From Elusimicrobiota bacterium (GTDB lineage: Bacteria > Elusimicrobiota > Elusimicrobia > UBA1565 > JACRDR01), in contig JBGFSC010000037.1 of NCBI GenBank assembly GCA_041694815.1, forward strand, positions 1-41,581: DNA of 41,581 nt, given 5' to 3'. The notes beneath the pieces are model-generated. The model ran no database searches and was not told where the DNA came from. It saw only the letters and a program-made list of their open reading frames with translations. Position numbers and translations under genes: made by a program. Shown here in pieces: positions 17,705 through 26,174 of the stretch. Numbering within the stretch: the first letter of the stretch is position 1; every line of letters starts with the position of its first letter.

Positions 17705-18616
17705 TCAAACCCCGAGCCGTGCCTTGCTGCGCCGCTCGGCGGCCAGCACGGCGTTGGATAAAAGCGCTGCGATCGTCACGGGTCCCACGCCCCCCGGCAC
17801 CGGCGTAAGCCAGCGCGCCGTCTTGCGCGCGCTGGCGAAATCGACGTCTCCCTTGGCCGATCCGTCGAGATAGCTGACGCCGGCGTCGATCACCAGCGCG
17901 CCGCGCTTGAGCATCGAGCCCTTGATGATCCCCGGCCGACCGGCCGCCGCGACCACGATGTCGGCGCGGCGCAGGTGCGAGCGCAAGTCCTTCGTGCCCG
18001 AATGGCAGAGCGTGACGGTGGCGCCCAGCGTCGAAAGCAGGTGGGCCGCGGGCTTGCCGACGATATTGGATCGGCCGACGACGACGGCCTCTTGGCCCTC
18101 GGTCTCCACGCCTGAGGCTTGGACCAGCGCAATCACGGCGGCGGCGGTGCAGGGGACGAAGGTCCCCACGCCGTCGAGCTCCTTGTATTTCCGGATGGCG
18201 AAGAGTCGGCCGTAATTGGAGGCCGTCACGCCCTCCACGTCCTTCTCCGGCGGGATGCGGTCGAGCAGCTTGTGCAGGTCGAGGCCGGGGGGCAGCGGCA
18301 TGTCGATGATGATGCCGTCGACGTGCAGGTCCTTCGCCAGGTCGTCTAGCACGCGGACGGCCTCCGCCTGGCTGATGGAGGCTGGGAGGGATTGCACCGT
18401 CGTCTCGATGCTGGCGGATTTGCAGGCCTCCAGCTTCTGCTTGAGATAGGCCTCGGCGGCCGCGTGCCGGCCCACGGAAAGGATCGCCAAGAGGGGCGCC
18501 TCGCCGCGCTGCTCCGCGACCCAGGCCACCCGTTTGGCCAGCGACGCGATCGACTTGTCGGCGACGGCCCTTCCGTCTAGCAGCTGGGCGCTACGGGCGG
18601 CCGGCTTCTTTCTCAT
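17705..18616 (-). CDS. folD: Methylenetetrahydrofolate dehydrogenase/cyclohydrolase
   Basis: PEKDVEG, PCT, GRSNIVGKP and TPVPGGVGP motifs. Confidence 0.96.
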   Translation of the reverse strand: MRKKPAARSAQLLDGRAVADKSIASLAKRVAWVAEQRGEAPLLAILSVGRHAAAEAYLKQKLEACKSASIETTVQSLPASISQAEAVRVLDDLAKDLHVDGIIIDMPLPPGLDLHKLLDRIPPEKDVEGVTASNYGRLFAIRKYKELDGVGTFVPCTAAAVIALVQASGVETEGQEAVVVGRSNIVGKPAAHLLSTLGATVTLCHSGTKDLRSHLRRADIVVAAAGRPGIIKGSMLKRGALVIDAGVSYLDGSAKGDVDFASARKTARWLTPVPGGVGPVTIAALLSNAVLAAERRSKARLGV

Positions 18617-19554
18617 CCCTTCAGCTCCCGCTCCAGGCGGAGGAGGAATCGGCTTAAGGCGCCCAAGATCGGCGCTGGGACCCGGCCGCGCCGAGCCGCG
18701 TCGAGCAAGGGCTTAAGTATCGCGTCCGTTTCGAGCGCGCGAGCGGCGCGCAGGTCCTGGAGCATCGAGTTCTGCTGCCAGGGCGCCTTCCGGCAGGAAC
18801 GCACCAGGATTTCGTCTAGGCGTTCGTAGAGGGGGGGGTGCCCGGCCGCGCGAGCGGTGGCCGCGGCCTCGCGGGCGGCGGCCGCCAGGATTTCCCGTAA
18901 GGCCGGCGAGGCCGCCAGCTCGCCGTTGGGCTTGGCCGCGAGCGCCCCCAAGGGATTGACGCACGCGTTAAGCGCCGCCTTGGTCCACAGCATCCGGTCC
19001 TCGTCTCCGCAGATCCCTACGCGCAGCCCGGCCTCCTTAAGGCAGCGGGAGGCGGCGTCCAAGGCGCGCGCATTGCCGGGATGCTTTGCCAGGAAAATGT
19101 CGAGCCCGCCTTGATGGCGGACATGGGCCGCGCCCATGCGCAGGCTGGCGACGTAGCAGGAGCCGAACACCGTCCGCGAGGGGCCGAAGGCGGATAAGGT
19201 CCTGCTTCGGTGGGCCAGGCCGTTTTGCAGGCTAACGATGGCCGTGCCGGGACCGGACAGCCGCCGAACCGTTTTCAAGGCGCCCGCGGTATCGTACGCT
19301 TTCACGCAGATGAAGACGATCGAACAGGGCGGCCCGGAGGGCTTGATCGACGGACGGATCACGGAGGCGGGAATCCGTCGGCCGACCGGCGAGTCGGCAG
19401 TCGAGACGCGCAGGCCCAAGGCCTTCACGCGGCGCAGCCAAAGCCGGTCGCGCCCGATTAGCCGGACGGGGCGGGCCCGGCAGATTTTGGAGGCCAAGAA
19501 GGAGCCGATAGCGCCTGGCCCGACGATGGCGACGTCGCCGCGAGTCGTCCGCAT
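18613..19554 (-). CDS. panE: 2-dehydropantoate 2-reductase
   Basis: GPGAIG, VKAYD, LQNG, W-K-N-N and SMLQD...E motifs. TAGAGT lies 7 nt before the ATG. Confidence 0.92.
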   Translation of the reverse strand: MRTTRGDVAIVGPGAIGSFLASKICRARPVRLIGRDRLWLRRVKALGLRVSTADSPVGRRIPASVIRPSIKPSGPPCSIVFICVKAYDTAGALKTVRRLSGPGTAIVSLQNGLAHRSRTLSAFGPSRTVFGSCYVASLRMGAAHVRHQGGLDIFLAKHPGNARALDAASRCLKEAGLRVGICGDEDRMLWTKAALNACVNPLGALAAKPNGELAASPALREILAAAAREAAATARAAGHPPLYERLDEILVRSCRKAPWQQNSMLQDLRAARALETDAILKPLLDAARRGRVPAPILGALSRFLLRLERELKG

Positions 19555-19587
19555 GCCGGCTACTCTATCAATTAGCCGGTGAAAATG

Positions 19588-19615
19588 AAAAGCCCTTCCG
19601 CGAGGAAGGGCTTTT
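19588..19615. terminator. Rho-independent terminator (bidirectional shape)
   Basis: AAAAGCCCTTCC-GCGA-GGAAGGGCTTTT, just downstream of the 19632-19853 gene. Confidence 0.85.
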
Positions 19616-19631
19616 GAGACGCTGTTTGAAC

Positions 19632-19853
19632 TTAGGCGTTGACCATCTTGGCGCGGGACACATCGCCTTTCTTGTCCAGGTAATAGAGCCAGCCGGACTC
19701 TTTCTTGATCCCGAGCTTGGAGACCTTCTCGGGCTTGCCGCCCTTCTTGCCGCCGCGGGCCATCTTGGCGCGGGAGACGTCTCCCTGCTTGTCGACATAG
19801 TACAGGAAGCCCTCAGCGCGCTGCACGCCGGCCTTCGCCACTTTCTCTGCCAT
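19632..19853 (-). CDS. Small basic two-repeat protein (73 aa)
   Basis: Two 29-aa repeats (19/29 identical). Strong SD GGAGGAA, an upstream TATAGT and its own terminator. Confidence 0.85.
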   Translation of the reverse strand: MAEKVAKAGVQRAEGFLYYVDKQGDVSRAKMARGGKKGGKPEKVSKLGIKKESGWLYYLDKKGDVSRAKMVNA

Positions 19854-19960
19854 GTATTAGTTCCTCCGTAGTTCGACGACGACTACGTCGGAACTATACA
19901 TAAATGCTCCGGAGAAACGCAAGGATTTTTTCGTCGGGGCCCCGACGGTCGTCGGAGAGG

Positions 19961-20221
19961 CTATTTTTGCGGCGGCTTGAACAGCGGGATCTGCGTCTCT
20001 CCGGGCTGGGTGATGAGCCGCTCCTTGAGCCACTGGTCTACGAGCGGCTTAGAGAAGCGGTACTGGCGACCGATGCGCGAGGCGGGCACCTTCTTCTGGC
20101 GGATGAGGTTGTATATCTTCGAGCGGCCCATGCCGAGATAACTGGCCAAGGCCTTGATATCCATGACCTCCGGAGGCGGCCCAGAAAAAGCCTTTCGCGC
20201 GATTTTTTTCTTGCGGCCCAT
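19961..20221 (-). CDS. Excisionase-like (HTH_17/BldC-like) DNA-binding protein
   Basis: VMDIKALASYLGMGRSKIYNLIRQKKVPASRIGRQYRF, with C-terminal QIPLF. Confidence 0.88.
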   Translation of the reverse strand: MGRKKKIARKAFSGPPPEVMDIKALASYLGMGRSKIYNLIRQKKVPASRIGRQYRFSKPLVDQWLKERLITQPGETQIPLFKPPQK

Positions 20222-20267
20222 CGCTATTGCGGTGTCCTTTCGCTTGATTTCGCTTCCTGCGACTGCA

Positions 20268-20296
20268 AGTATACATCATGTGTCATTTTTTGTCAA
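20268..20296 (-). promoter_or_regulatory. Consensus sigma70 promoter of the HTH_17 gene
   Basis: TTGACA(20296-20291)-N17-TATACT(20273-20268). Confidence 0.8.
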
Positions 20297-20324
20297 GTTT
20301 TGACGGTTCGGGGAAAAATGAATA

Positions 20325-20353
20325 TTGTCTCCGTCGACCCAATTTGATATAGT
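20325..20353 (+). promoter_or_regulatory. rpsF operon promoter (near-leaderless)
   Basis: TTGTCT-N17-TATAGT with a TG extension, 8 nt before the ATG. No SD. Confidence 0.7.
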
Positions 20354-20361
20354 TTTTCACT

Positions 20362-20679
20362 ATGCAAACCTACGAGACCGTCGTAGTGCTCAAACCTCAG
20401 CTTTCGGATCCCGAGATCGCCGATTTGGTCGATAAGACGAAGAAGCTGATCTCCGGCGAGGGCGGCGAATTGCTCCACGAGGACAAGTGGGGCCGCCGCA
20501 AGCTGACCTATCCCATTCGGCAGTCCCGCGAGGGTTTCTACGTGTATTTCAAGTTCCAGGCCCCCACCGTCTTGCTGCAGCGCCTGGGCCACCATTTCCG
20601 GGTCTTGGATTCCGTGCTGCGCACGATGACGGTGCAATGGAGCGACAAAAAGTCTTCCAACGGCGCGGTGAAGAAATGA
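20362..20679 (+). CDS. rpsF: 30S ribosomal protein bS6
   Basis: YETVVVLKP, WGRRKLTYPI and EGFY motifs. Confidence 0.97.
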   Translation: MQTYETVVVLKPQLSDPEIADLVDKTKKLISGEGGELLHEDKWGRRKLTYPIRQSREGFYVYFKFQAPTVLLQRLGHHFRVLDSVLRTMTVQWSDKKSSNGAVKK

Positions 20680-21110
20680 GCGCCGGCATACGCCTTCCCG
20701 AAATGAACCTCGTGCTGCTCAACGGGCGCTTGACCCGCGATCCGGAGCTGTTCTTCACGTCGGGCGGGGCTGCCAAGTGCAGCTTCAGCATCGCCGTCAA
20801 CCGCCGCGTCAAGGACGCCAAGACCAGCGAATGGAAGGACGACACCCTTTTCATGCCGGTCGTCGTGTGGCGGGAGCAGGCCGAACGCTGCAAGGAAAAG
20901 CTCAAGAAGGGCAGCCCCGTCCATGTCGAGGGGCGGCTCGCCGGCCGCGAATACGAGGATAAAAGCGGGCAGAAGCGCTCCGTCCTCGAGGTCATCGCCA
21001 CGCGCGTGCAGTTCCTTTCGCCCGTCTCGGATTCCGGCGGCGGCGAGAGCGCCCCGAAAAGCGAGGCCGAGCCCTCCGCGGGCGGGGATCTAGAGGAGGT
21101 TCCTTTTTAA
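20676..21110 (+). CDS. ssb: Single-stranded DNA-binding protein
   Basis: NLVLLNGRLTRDPE, KGSPVHVEGRL and an acidic tail ending EEVPF. ATGA overlap with rpsF. Confidence 0.97.
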   Translation: MSAGIRLPEMNLVLLNGRLTRDPELFFTSGGAAKCSFSIAVNRRVKDAKTSEWKDDTLFMPVVVWREQAERCKEKLKKGSPVHVEGRLAGREYEDKSGQKRSVLEVIATRVQFLSPVSDSGGGESAPKSEAEPSAGGDLEEVPF

Positions 21111-21416
21111 ATGCCAGAAGAGATGGAAGCGCCAAAGGCCGCCGCGGCGCCGGCGGCCGCTCCCGCGGCCGCGCCAGCCGCTCCAGCCCGTCGGCGCGCG
21201 CCCTTCGCGCCGCGGCGGAAGGTCTGCCGATTCTGTGCCGAGAAGATAGAGAAGGTGGATTTCAAGCAGATCCCCATTCTGCGGACGTTTACGACGGAGC
21301 GGGGAAAGATCCTCTCGAGCCGCATCACCGGCACCTGCGCCACGCACCAGCGTCAGCTCGCGCGAGCCATCAAGCGCGCCAGGAACCTGGCGCTGCTCCC
21401 CTACGTTTCCAACTGA
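21111..21416 (+). CDS. rpsR: 30S ribosomal protein bS18 with an Ala/Pro-rich N-terminal extension
   Basis: [29 protein letters not shown] and LLPY motifs. Confidence 0.97.
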   Translation: MPEEMEAPKAAAAPAAAPAAAPAAPARRRAPFAPRRKVCRFCAEKIEKVDFKQIPILRTFTTERGKILSSRITGTCATHQRQLARAIKRARNLALLPYVSN

Positions 21417-21430
21417 GCAAGAGGTCAGCG

Positions 21431-21877
21431 ATGAAAGTCATCTTGAAGTCCGATGTCGAGAAGCTAGGCCGTGCCGGTGACGTCAAGCAGGTGGCCGACG
21501 GTTTCGGGCGCAATTACCTGCTCCCGCGCGGCTTGGCCACGCCGGCCACCCCGGCCGCCCTGAAATGGCTTGAACGGGGCGCGGAGCGCCGTCAGAAGCT
21601 GCGCGAGAAGGCGTCCCAGGCCGCACAGGAATTGGCGGGCAGGCTCGCGGGCGTCGCCTTGTCCTTCGCGCGCCAAGCGGGCGAGGAAGGCAAGATATTC
21701 GGTTCGGTGGGCAAGTCGGACATCGTTGAAAGCCTCAAGGCTTCGGGGATCGTTGTCGACAAGAAATCGGTGATCCTCCCCTCCGCCCTGAAGGCCTTGG
21801 GCGAGCATGAGGTCGAGATCCGGCTGGCTCCCGACGTTTCGACGAAGATAAAGGTTTCCGTCGTCGCCCGCGCCTAA
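21431..21877 (+). CDS. rplI: 50S ribosomal protein bL9
   Basis: MKVILKSDVEKLG, GFGRNYLLP and KIFGSV motifs. Confidence 0.97.
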   Translation: MKVILKSDVEKLGRAGDVKQVADGFGRNYLLPRGLATPATPAALKWLERGAERRQKLREKASQAAQELAGRLAGVALSFARQAGEEGKIFGSVGKSDIVESLKASGIVVDKKSVILPSALKALGEHEVEIRLAPDVSTKIKVSVVARA

Positions 21878-21894
21878 GGCCGGCGCGAGAACGC

Positions 21895-23298
21895 ATGTCC
21901 GCCTCCGCGCCGGCGCTTGAAGTCCCTCCCCAGGCCCTCGAAGCCGAAATGGCGGTGCTCGGATCGATGCTCATCGAGGCTGAGGCCGCCGAAAAGGCGA
22001 TCGAAATACTCGACGAGACCCAGTTCTACAAGGACTCCCACCGCGTCATCTTCCGCGCCATCTTCGATCTTTGCCAGGCCGGCAAGGCCGCCGACCTGGT
22101 CACCGTCGGAGAAGAGCTGCGCAAAAACGGGACGATCGGCTCCGTGGGCGGCGTCACCTACCTGTCGGAATGCATCCACCGCGTATCCACGGCGGCGCAT
22201 GTCGAGCATTACGCTCACCTGGTGCATGAGAAGGCCATACTCCGCGAGCTGATCTCGACCGCTACCAAGATCGTCTCCGACTGCTATTCGGAAAAGGAGC
22301 CCTCGACCCTTCTCGACGAGGCCCAGGCCGAGATACTCAAGGTGGCCCAGCGGCAGATCATGACCGGCTTTCACAACGCCAAGGATCTCGCCCACCTGGT
22401 CATTGAGGAGATCGAGAAGCTCCACCATCGCAAGCAGGCCGTCACGGGCGTTTCCTCGGGGCTTAAAAAGCTCGATTCCCTCACGGCGGGATTCCAGAAC
22501 GGCGACCTGATACTCATCGCCGCCAGGCCGAGCCAAGGAAAGACCGCGTTGGCCTTGAACATCGCCGCCAACGTCGTGCTGCAGAGCCCGCAGAACGCCG
22601 TCGCCTTCTTTTCGATGGAGATGTCGCGCACCGCGATCATGACCCGGCTCATCGCCAGCGAGGCCCGGGTGAACCTGCACGAGGTGCGCAACGGCTATTT
22701 CCGCCGCGACCGGTGGACTCATTTGACGAACGCCGCGGCCCGACTGTCCGAGGCGCCGCTCTTCATCGACGACTCCCCGGGCTTGTCGGTCCTCGAGGTG
22801 CGCAGCCGCGCCCGCCGCCTCGGCAGCGATTTAAAACGCCAGGGCAAGGCCTTGTCCCTGGTCATGATCGATTACCTCCAGCTCATGCGCGGGGCCAGCC
22901 GCCGCATCGAGAGCCGTCAGCAGGAGGTGTCGGAGATATCCAGGGGCCTGAAGTTCCTGGCGCGCGACCTCAATATCCCCGTGATCGCGCTCTCGCAGCT
23001 TTCGCGGCGCGTCGAGGAGAAAGGCCGCGCGGACGGCAAGCCGCAGCTCTCCGACCTCCGGGAATCGGGCGCCCTGGAGCAGGACGCGGACCTCGTGGCC
23101 TTCATCTACCGCGAGGCGGCCTACAAGCCGAACGACCCTACCATCGACGAGAGCAAGGCCGAGATCATCGTCGCCAAGCAGCGCCAGGGCCCGACGGGCT
23201 CCATCGAGGTGCGCTTCAATCGCGACGTCACCCGCTTCGACAACCTCGATCCCGTCGCCGAAGCGCCCCAGGAAGAGGAACAAAGCACGTTCTCATGA
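21895..23298 (+). CDS. dnaB: Replicative DNA helicase
   Basis: PPQALEAE, ARPSQGKT, IDYLQL, LSQLSR, DLRESGALEQDAD and KQRQGP motifs. No intein. Confidence 0.98.
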   Translation: MSASAPALEVPPQALEAEMAVLGSMLIEAEAAEKAIEILDETQFYKDSHRVIFRAIFDLCQAGKAADLVTVGEELRKNGTIGSVGGVTYLSECIHRVSTAAHVEHYAHLVHEKAILRELISTATKIVSDCYSEKEPSTLLDEAQAEILKVAQRQIMTGFHNAKDLAHLVIEEIEKLHHRKQAVTGVSSGLKKLDSLTAGFQNGDLILIAARPSQGKTALALNIAANVVLQSPQNAVAFFSMEMSRTAIMTRLIASEARVNLHEVRNGYFRRDRWTHLTNAAARLSEAPLFIDDSPGLSVLEVRSRARRLGSDLKRQGKALSLVMIDYLQLMRGASRRIESRQQEVSEISRGLKFLARDLNIPVIALSQLSRRVEEKGRADGKPQLSDLRESGALEQDADLVAFIYREAAYKPNDPTIDESKAEIIVAKQRQGPTGSIEVRFNRDVTRFDNLDPVAEAPQEEEQSTFS

Positions 23299-24467
23299 CG
23301 AATTCGCTCGCGGACCGCCCGAGGCGCCAACGCCCTCCGCCGGTCGCGAGCGCGCCGGCCCAGCGATTCTTCCGCCCGACCTGGGCCGAGGTGGACCTCG
23401 ATGCCTTGGGCTTCAATCTCCGGAGGTTTAAGGCCGCCATGCCCCCGGGCGTGCGGATGATGTTCGTGGTCAAGGGAGACGCCTACGGGCACGGTGCCGT
23501 GGCTCTCGCCCGCTGGACGCAGGAGCGGCACGGTGCCGACTGGCTCGGGGTGTCCTCGGTGGAGGAAGGCATCGCCCTGCGCGAGGCCGGGGTACGGCTG
23601 CCGGTGCTCATCCTGGGATCATTGTTTCCCTTCGAGAGTTTCCTGGCCGCCGCGCAATATGGATTGACGCCCACCGTGGCCAGCATGGACGGCGCGCGCC
23701 GCCTCTGCGAGGTCTCGCGCAAGCTTCAGCGCCGGGTGAGCTGCCACTTGAAGCTCGACACGGGCATGGGCCGCATCGGGATGAGCTGGCCCTCGGGGCT
23801 GGAGGTCGCGCGCGTCTTGGCCTCGGAACGGGGCGTGGAGCTCGAGGGGGTCTACACCCACCTGGCCAGCGCCGACGCGGACGGGCGCCAAACCCGCGCG
23901 CAGCTCGATCGTTTCAAGGCGGCCCTCAAGGATATGGCCCGGGAAGGGATCCGCGTGCGGCTGCGCCACGCCGCCAATTCCATCGCCGCTCTCGACTATT
24001 CTTCCAGCCGTTGGGACCTGGTGCGTCCCGGGTTGGCCCTCTACGGCCTTGCCGGGCGGGGGTACCACCCCATCCTGACGCTTAAGACGCGGGTCGTCTT
24101 CCTCAAAACGGTGCGTCGGGGAACCCCCATCGGATACGGGGCGACGTTCAAGGCGCGGCGCGAGGCGCGCGTCGCCACGCTGCCCATCGGCTATGCGGAC
24201 GGTTTGCCGCGACTGCTCTCCAACCGCGGGCACGTGCTTATCGATGGAAGGCGCTGCCCCATCATCGGAGCCGTGTCGATGGACATGACCACGGTCGACG
24301 TCGGCGCCGCCCCCTCGGCGCGCGTCGGCTCCGAGGCGGTGCTGCTCGGCTCTTCCGGGGGCTTGGGGGTGGGCGTCGCGCAATGGGCCGATTGGGCCCG
24401 CACGATCCCCTACGAGGTGGTCGCCAGGCTGAGCGCGCGCGTGCCGCGGGTGTACCTACAATCATGA
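23295..24467 (+). CDS. alr: Alanine racemase
   Basis: VVKGDAYGHG, KLDTGMGRIG, VRPGLALYG, GYADG and TIPYE motifs. ATGA overlap with dnaB. Confidence 0.96.
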   Translation: MTNSLADRPRRQRPPPVASAPAQRFFRPTWAEVDLDALGFNLRRFKAAMPPGVRMMFVVKGDAYGHGAVALARWTQERHGADWLGVSSVEEGIALREAGVRLPVLILGSLFPFESFLAAAQYGLTPTVASMDGARRLCEVSRKLQRRVSCHLKLDTGMGRIGMSWPSGLEVARVLASERGVELEGVYTHLASADADGRQTRAQLDRFKAALKDMAREGIRVRLRHAANSIAALDYSSSRWDLVRPGLALYGLAGRGYHPILTLKTRVVFLKTVRRGTPIGYGATFKARREARVATLPIGYADGLPRLLSNRGHVLIDGRRCPIIGAVSMDMTTVDVGAAPSARVGSEAVLLGSSGGLGVGVAQWADWARTIPYEVVARLSARVPRVYLQS

Positions 24468-25282
24468 GCGCGGCCCAGCCGGCGTACGATCCGATGAAGG
24501 CGACCTTGACGACGGTGGGCGACCGTGCCCTCTCCATCGCCGAGAGCATGGGGGAGTTCACCCTACTCATCCGCACGAGCTTTTTCTGGCTGCTGCGTAG
24601 CCGAGTCGAATGGCGCCAGACCGTGATCCAGATGCTGCAGATCGGGGTGCAGTCCTTCCCGGTCACCGCCATGACGAGCCTTTTCACCGGGATGGTCTTG
24701 GCGCTTCAGACCGGCTCCTCCTTCCGGGACCTGTTCAACGAGCCGGTGTTTACGGGCACCATCGTAAGCTTCGCGGTGGTCAAGGAGCTCGGTCCCGTGA
24801 TGACCGCGATGGTGGTTTCGGGGCGCGCGGGGGCCGCCATCGCCGCGGAACTGGGCACCATGAAGGTCACAGAACAGATCGACGCGCTCTACACCTTGGG
24901 GACCGATCCCGTGCGCTACCTCGTGCTGCCGCGGGTGCTGGCCTTCCTCGTCATGCTGCCGCTGCTGACGGTCTTCTCCGATTTCGCCGGCGTCATCGGG
25001 GGCTGTGTGGTGTCCTACGTCAAGCTTGACGTGCCGACCAACGTGTACTGGCACGAGGTCTTCGACCATCTCGGGCATAAGGAGCTCTTCCACGGGCTGA
25101 TCAAGACGGTGGTCTTCGCCTTCTGTATTTCCTTCATCTGCTGCTATAAGGGCCTGTTCACCCGCGGGGGCGCGGAGGGGGTGGGGAAGGCCACGACCTC
25201 CGCCGTCGTCAACAGCATGGTCTCGGTGCTCATCATCGATTATTTCGTCACGGCCATCCTCGTCGCGCTGGGGCTGACTTGA
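24464..25282 (+). CDS. mlaE: MlaE-family ABC permease
   Basis: KELGPV, AELGTMKVTEQIDAL and GGAEGVGKATT motifs. Confidence 0.95.
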   Translation: MSAAQPAYDPMKATLTTVGDRALSIAESMGEFTLLIRTSFFWLLRSRVEWRQTVIQMLQIGVQSFPVTAMTSLFTGMVLALQTGSSFRDLFNEPVFTGTIVSFAVVKELGPVMTAMVVSGRAGAAIAAELGTMKVTEQIDALYTLGTDPVRYLVLPRVLAFLVMLPLLTVFSDFAGVIGGCVVSYVKLDVPTNVYWHEVFDHLGHKELFHGLIKTVVFAFCISFICCYKGLFTRGGAEGVGKATTSAVVNSMVSVLIIDYFVTAILVALGLT

Positions 25283-26043
25283 TCGACGCCGAGGGCGTGC
25301 GCAAGAGCTTTGGCGCCAGGACGGTGCTGCGGGGCGTCGAGCTTAAGGTGGAAGACGGCGAGACGCTCGTCATCATCGGCGGCTCGGGCAGCGGCAAGAG
25401 CACCTTCCTTAAGTGCATCATAGGGCTGGTCCGGCCCGACGGGGGCTCGATCGTCGTCGACGGCGTCGACGTCACGAAGGTGCATGACGAGTTCCATTTC
25501 GCCGAATACCGCCGCAAGTTCGGGTACCTGTTCCAGGAGGCGGCCCTTTTCGACTCGCTGACGGTGGCCGAAAACGTCGTCTTCGGCCTACGCTATCTGA
25601 CCGACATCCCGGAGACGAGGTACCGTTCCATCGCGACCGACAAGCTGGCCCTGGTGGGCCTTAAGGGGATCGAAGACATGAAGCCCGCCGAGCTTTCCGG
25701 CGGCATGAAGAAGCGGGTCGCCCTCGCCCGGGCCATCGCCGCCGAGCCGCAGTACATCCTCTATGACGAGCCGACGACGGGCCTCGACCCCATCATGTCG
25801 GACATCATCAACGACCTCATCATAGACCTCAAGAAGAAGTTGGGCGTCACCTCGGTCGCGGTGACCCATGACATGAAATCGGCCTATAAGATCGCCGACC
25901 GCATCGCGATGATCTACGAGGGCAAGGTGCTCGAGATCGCCCACCCCGACATCATCAAGATCACCCGGAACGCCGCCGTCCGGCAGTTCATCGAGGGGCG
26001 CAGCGAGGGGCCCATCCGCATGAAAATCAAGGACTACGACTGA
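25279..26043 (+). CDS. mlaF: MlaF-family ABC ATPase
   Basis: GGSGSGKS, ELSGGMKKR, YDEPTTGLDP and VTHD motifs. Confidence 0.95.
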   Translation: MIDAEGVRKSFGARTVLRGVELKVEDGETLVIIGGSGSGKSTFLKCIIGLVRPDGGSIVVDGVDVTKVHDEFHFAEYRRKFGYLFQEAALFDSLTVAENVVFGLRYLTDIPETRYRSIATDKLALVGLKGIEDMKPAELSGGMKKRVALARAIAAEPQYILYDEPTTGLDPIMSDIINDLIIDLKKKLGVTSVAVTHDMKSAYKIADRIAMIYEGKVLEIAHPDIIKITRNAAVRQFIEGRSEGPIRMKIKDYD

Positions 26044-26174
26044 TGCGCGCGGAACACTCGCGAGGAATCCGTTGTTTTCCCATCGACGCCCGCAATGAAT
26101 ATGCAATATAATCCTTGTAGAATCGGCGGGAAGCCTGCGCCGAGAGGAGCTTCGCTCAGCCTGTTTTTGGCTAG

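Noticed and set aside
19961..20221. Prophage or ICE implied by the excisionase-like gene
   Set aside because: No integrase, att repeats or phage genes, and the flanks are housekeeping genes.
22713..23294. Apparent N-terminal extension of Alr (584-aa ORF), and similar extensions on ssb, cysS, PHP, Rieske, sufT and pduO
   Set aside because: The extensions overlap upstream genes in another frame. Better starts lie at stop/start overlaps or just after the upstream gene.
26044..26174. Possible riboswitch between mlaF and mlaD (short hairpins including GAGC-TTC-GCTC)
   Set aside because: The stems are short and match no motif I recognise. An internal promoter (TATAAT/TAGAAT) explains the spacer.
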